Positions 53,140 through 55,512 of a DNA stretch of 55,512 nucleotides are shown here, one piece after another. Numbering within the stretch: position 1 is the first letter of the stretch; every line of letters begins with the position of its first letter. This DNA comes from Actinomycetota bacterium (GTDB lineage: Bacteria; Actinomycetota; Acidimicrobiia; Acidimicrobiales; SZUA-35), in the NCBI GenBank assembly GCA_039029715.1, contig JBCCFN010000001.1:1-55512 (forward strand), given 5' to 3'. Both the position numbers and the translations under genes were made by a program. A model generated the notes under the pieces. That model did no database searches and was not told the DNA's origin. It saw nothing but the letters and a program-made list of their open reading frames with translations.

Positions 53140-53831
53140 TCGGCGCCGGTCCGTCGGTTCGGGCGGTCGTCTTCGATCTCTGGCTGACCCTGATCCCGTT
53201 CCCGGGCGAGGCTCGACGCAGCGCCTTCCGGCTGCTGGCCGCCGCACTCGGCGTGTCGGTCGAGGAGCTTCGACCCCACTGGGATGCCACCCGATCGGAG
53301 CGGGAGACCGGCGACCTGGCCCGCTATCTGTCCCGGCTCGGTCCCAGGCTCGGGTACACCTGGTCGCCGGCCATGATCGAGGCGGCGATGGCGGCCAGGC
53401 GCTCGGCCCATGGTGCCTGTTTCGCCGAGCCGTTCTCCGACGGGCGGGCCGCCATCGCCGGCCTCCGGGATCGAGGGATCCTGGTCGGGCTGGTCTCGAA
53501 CTGCACCAGCGACGTTCGTCTGGCCATGGTCGAGCACGAGATGGCCGGCTGGTTCGATGCGGTCATCCTGTCGGCCGAGGTCGGGATCATGAAGCCGGCG
53601 CCGGAGATCTTCGAGCTCGCGGCCCGTCGGCTCGATGTCGAGCCCGCCGCCTGTCTGTTCGTCGGCGACGGCGGCGACGACGAGCTGGACGGGGCAGCGG
53701 CGGCCGGCATGACCCCGCTGCGCTACGACCCGACCGGCAGTCGGGTCCGCTCGGTCGGGGCGTCGGTGGGCGGACCGTCGGCCATCGTGATCTCGTCGCA
53801 CCTCGACCTCCTGCCGCTCGTCGACCGGTGA
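53136..53831 (+). CDS. HAD-superfamily hydrolase with non-canonical motif I (DLWLT)
   Basis: From ORF 52932..53831. The GTG 53136 start overlaps the previous stop. Motif I is VVFDLWLTL: the nucleophile Asp is present and Asp+2 is replaced by Trp. Motif II is LVSNCTS, motif III is KP, motif IV is FVGDGGDDELDGA. Confidence 0.75.
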   Translation: MIGAGPSVRAVVFDLWLTLIPFPGEARRSAFRLLAAALGVSVEELRPHWDATRSERETGDLARYLSRLGPRLGYTWSPAMIEAAMAARRSAHGACFAEPFSDGRAAIAGLRDRGILVGLVSNCTSDVRLAMVEHEMAGWFDAVILSAEVGIMKPAPEIFELAARRLDVEPAACLFVGDGGDDELDGAAAAGMTPLRYDPTGSRVRSVGASVGGPSAIVISSHLDLLPLVDR

Positions 53832-54754
53832 GCGGGGACCGCGGTGAGGAGGCCGCCCACCCGCTCGTCGAGCCGGTCGTCCGCCTCGTCGAGACCCTGG
53901 GGGTCGAGGCCGCCGAGCCCCGGGTGATCCGGGTCGGAGCCAACCTCGTGGTCCACCTGGCGCCGGCCCCGATCGTGGCCAGGGTCGCCACCCTGACCGC
54001 CGAGATGCGTGGACGGCCCCTCGACTACCTCCGGCGAGAGCGCGTCGTCTGTGATGCGCTGATGGCACGCGGCGTCAACATCGTCGCCACGACCGATCTG
54101 GTCGATCCGGGGCCGCACGAGGTCGACGGCACCGCTTGCCTGCTACTCAACCATCACCGGCTGGCGCCCGTGGATTTCGACTCTTCTGCAGACGCAGTGC
54201 GGGTCGGCCGGGCGTTTGCTCAGCTGTCGGCAGCCCTTTGCGACCTTCCGTCGCATCTCGGCGGTGGCGACGGCGCCGAAGCGGACGATGGCCAGCCGTG
54301 GGAAGAGGTCGCCGTCTTGATGCGGACCGTTGCGCCGACCACCGAGGCGTCGACCGTGGACCGGATCGCCGGCGTGGTCGAGACGCTCCGGGCCGGCGAG
54401 CCCGATGACCGGTGGCAGTTGGTCCACGGCGACGCCCATCGGAGCAACGTGGCCCTCGACGATCGGGGCGAGATCATCTGGTTCGATTTTGAGGACACGA
54501 ACCGCCGGCCGCCGGCGTGGGATCTGGCATCCCTCCATCGATCCTGGCCGGCCGCCGGTCGGGTGGCCGCCGATGCGCTCGGGGTCGAGCTCGGCAGCTA
54601 CTCGGTCCGCTGGCACCACGAGCTACGGGAGGTCTATGCGCTGCTGTGGAACCTGCTGTACGCCCAGCGCTTCCCAGAGAGCCGGGCCGCAACCGCCGAT
54701 CGAGCGGCGACCTGGCTCACCCGACCGGTGGAGCAGCTGCTCCGGCGATACTGA
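53828..54754 (+). CDS. APH/choline-kinase-type phosphotransferase
   Basis: From ORF 52943..54754. The GTG 53828 start overlaps the previous stop. The catalytic loop is LVHGDAHRSNV, followed by IWFDFED (Brenner/DFG-equivalent). Confidence 0.78.
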   Translation: MSGDRGEEAAHPLVEPVVRLVETLGVEAAEPRVIRVGANLVVHLAPAPIVARVATLTAEMRGRPLDYLRRERVVCDALMARGVNIVATTDLVDPGPHEVDGTACLLLNHHRLAPVDFDSSADAVRVGRAFAQLSAALCDLPSHLGGGDGAEADDGQPWEEVAVLMRTVAPTTEASTVDRIAGVVETLRAGEPDDRWQLVHGDAHRSNVALDDRGEIIWFDFEDTNRRPPAWDLASLHRSWPAAGRVAADALGVELGSYSVRWHHELREVYALLWNLLYAQRFPESRAATADRAATWLTRPVEQLLRRY

Positions 54755-54758
54755 ACCC

Positions 54759-55358
54759 ATGGCGTTGACCACGGTGCTGCTCGACCTCGACGGGGTGGTC
54801 CGCCACTTCGACCCGGACCGCGGGGAGTCGATCGAGAGACGTCACGGATTGGCCACCGGCGTCCTGAGCGCAACCGCGTTCGAGTCAGACCTCATCGGGC
54901 GGGTCGTGACCGGGCGGATGCATCGGGTCGACTGGGTTGAGGAGATCGGTGAGCGGGTCGGTAGTCCAGCTGCGGCTCGAGAGTGTTTCAGCGGTCACGG
55001 TGTCGTCGATGAGCGGATGTTGGCTGAGGTCGACTGGCTGCGATCGGGCGGTGTCGTCGTGGCGGTGCTGACCAACGGGACGGACACGATCCCGGCCGAG
55101 ATGACGGACCTTGGCCTGGATGTCCGGTTCGATGCGATCTTCAACAGCGCCGAGCTCGGGGTGGCCAAGCCGGACCGACGGGTCTTCGAGCTCGTCTGCT
55201 CTCACCTCCAGGTCGACCCGCGCCAGGTGTTCTTCACCGATGACTCGGCCGGGAACCTGCGGGGCGCAATCGAGATCGGTATGACGGCCAGGCGCTTCGA
55301 GGACGTCGACACGTTCCGGCGCCATCTGACCGAGGCCGGCTTCGCCGTGGCGCCATAA
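54759..55358 (+). CDS. HAD-superfamily hydrolase, subfamily IA (canonical DxDxV)
   Basis: From ORF 54330..55358. The start is ATG 54759. Motif I is VLLDLDGVV, motif II VLTNGT, motif III GVAKPD, motif IV FFTDDSAGNLRGA. Confidence 0.82.
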   Translation: MALTTVLLDLDGVVRHFDPDRGESIERRHGLATGVLSATAFESDLIGRVVTGRMHRVDWVEEIGERVGSPAAARECFSGHGVVDERMLAEVDWLRSGGVVVAVLTNGTDTIPAEMTDLGLDVRFDAIFNSAELGVAKPDRRVFELVCSHLQVDPRQVFFTDDSAGNLRGAIEIGMTARRFEDVDTFRRHLTEAGFAVAP

Positions 55359-55362
55359 CTCG

Positions 55363-55512
55363 TTCGGCGATGCCGAAACTCTCTGGCTTGGGCTGCGTCC
55401 CTACTTCTGGAACCACATATAGGCGAACGGCACCCCTTCGGGTTGCTTGGAGTTTCGGCGTTGCCGAAACTCTCTGGCTTGGGCTGCGTCCCTACTTCTG
55501 GAACCACATATA
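55363..55512. repeat. tandem direct repeat: two 59-nt copies, 91-nt period, cut by the window end
   Basis: 55363-55421 and 55454-55512 are identical except for one position (a at 55370, t at 55461). They are separated by 32 nt (ggcgaacggcaccccttcgggttgcttggagt). Copy 2 starts inside the hairpin gtttcggc-gtt-gccgaaac (55452-55470). The window ends exactly at the end of copy 2. Confidence 0.8.

Noticed and set aside
31778-55358. An actinomycin-like or other NRPS/PKS biosynthetic gene cluster using 3-hydroxyanthranilate.
   Set aside because: No adenylation, condensation, thiolation, ketosynthase or MbtH-like gene is present anywhere in the window, and a ring-cleaving HAO is part of the operon. 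Only the weaker tailoring/catabolism hypotheses are reported.
55363-55512. A CRISPR array at the 3' edge.
   Set aside because: There are only two units. The identical part is 59 nt and the variable part 32 nt, the inverse of usual CRISPR proportions. Copy 1 has a degenerate 5' flank, and no cas gene is in the window. It is kept as an unclassified repeat rather than called CRISPR.

Overview
This 55.5-kb window is high-GC DNA with Actinomycetota-style organisation: frequent GTG starts, ATGA/GTGA stop-start overlaps, and lipoproteins with a Cys lipobox followed by acidic linkers. The taxon is inference only. It reads as a chromosomal accessory/catabolic region. I call 1 tRNA (initiator tRNA-Met), 57 CDS (one of them a weak small ORF), 1 gene remnant, several candidate operators, promoters and terminators, and a tandem repeat cut off by the 3' edge. 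I recognised no integrase, transposase, phage, cas, toxin-antitoxin or other defence gene.

Blocks, in order:
- (i) 1-3.2 kb: an AT-rich edge, tRNA-fMet, a siderophore-interacting protein, an ABC-ATPase remnant, a methyltransferase and an orphan receiver.
- (ii) 3.2-9.8 kb: a minus-strand aromatic-catabolism operon (CHRD protein, VOC dioxygenase, LLM oxidoreductase, SDR, FAD phenol-type monooxygenase, FAH hydrolase, TetR).
- (iii) 9.9-21.7 kb: DoxX/AhpD-like genes, a P-type ATPase, lipoproteins, an MFS transporter, a ferritin-like protein and several regulators.
- (iv) 21.7-31.7 kb: a GntR-associated block. It holds ALDH+SDR, a LivJ-type binding protein, a LivH-LivM-LivG triple-fusion protein and LivF, a PAPS-type sulfotransferase, two AhpD/CMD paralogues and a rhodanese. 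All three of its promoter regions share a TTGTGCAC(A/G)A box.
- (v) 31.8-36.5 kb: a multicopper oxidase, an O-methyltransferase, TetR, an SDR and an alpha/beta-hydrolase formamidase candidate.
- (vi) 36.6-55.4 kb, the most interesting part: a MarR gene followed by 17 same-strand, tightly or translationally coupled genes. They join a kynurenine-pathway module (two tryptophan 2,3-dioxygenase paralogues, kynurenine 3-monooxygenase, kynureninase, 3-hydroxyanthranilate dioxygenase) to three further groups: ALDH / DHDPS-like / aspartate-dehydrogenase-like genes; two Cys-type sulfatases with an aryl-sulfate sulfotransferase, all without signal peptides; and a P450, an amidohydrolase, an SMP-30 lactonase-like protein, a HAD, an APH-type kinase and a second HAD.

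All functional calls rest on motif and family recognition by eye from the ORF translations. No database search was run.
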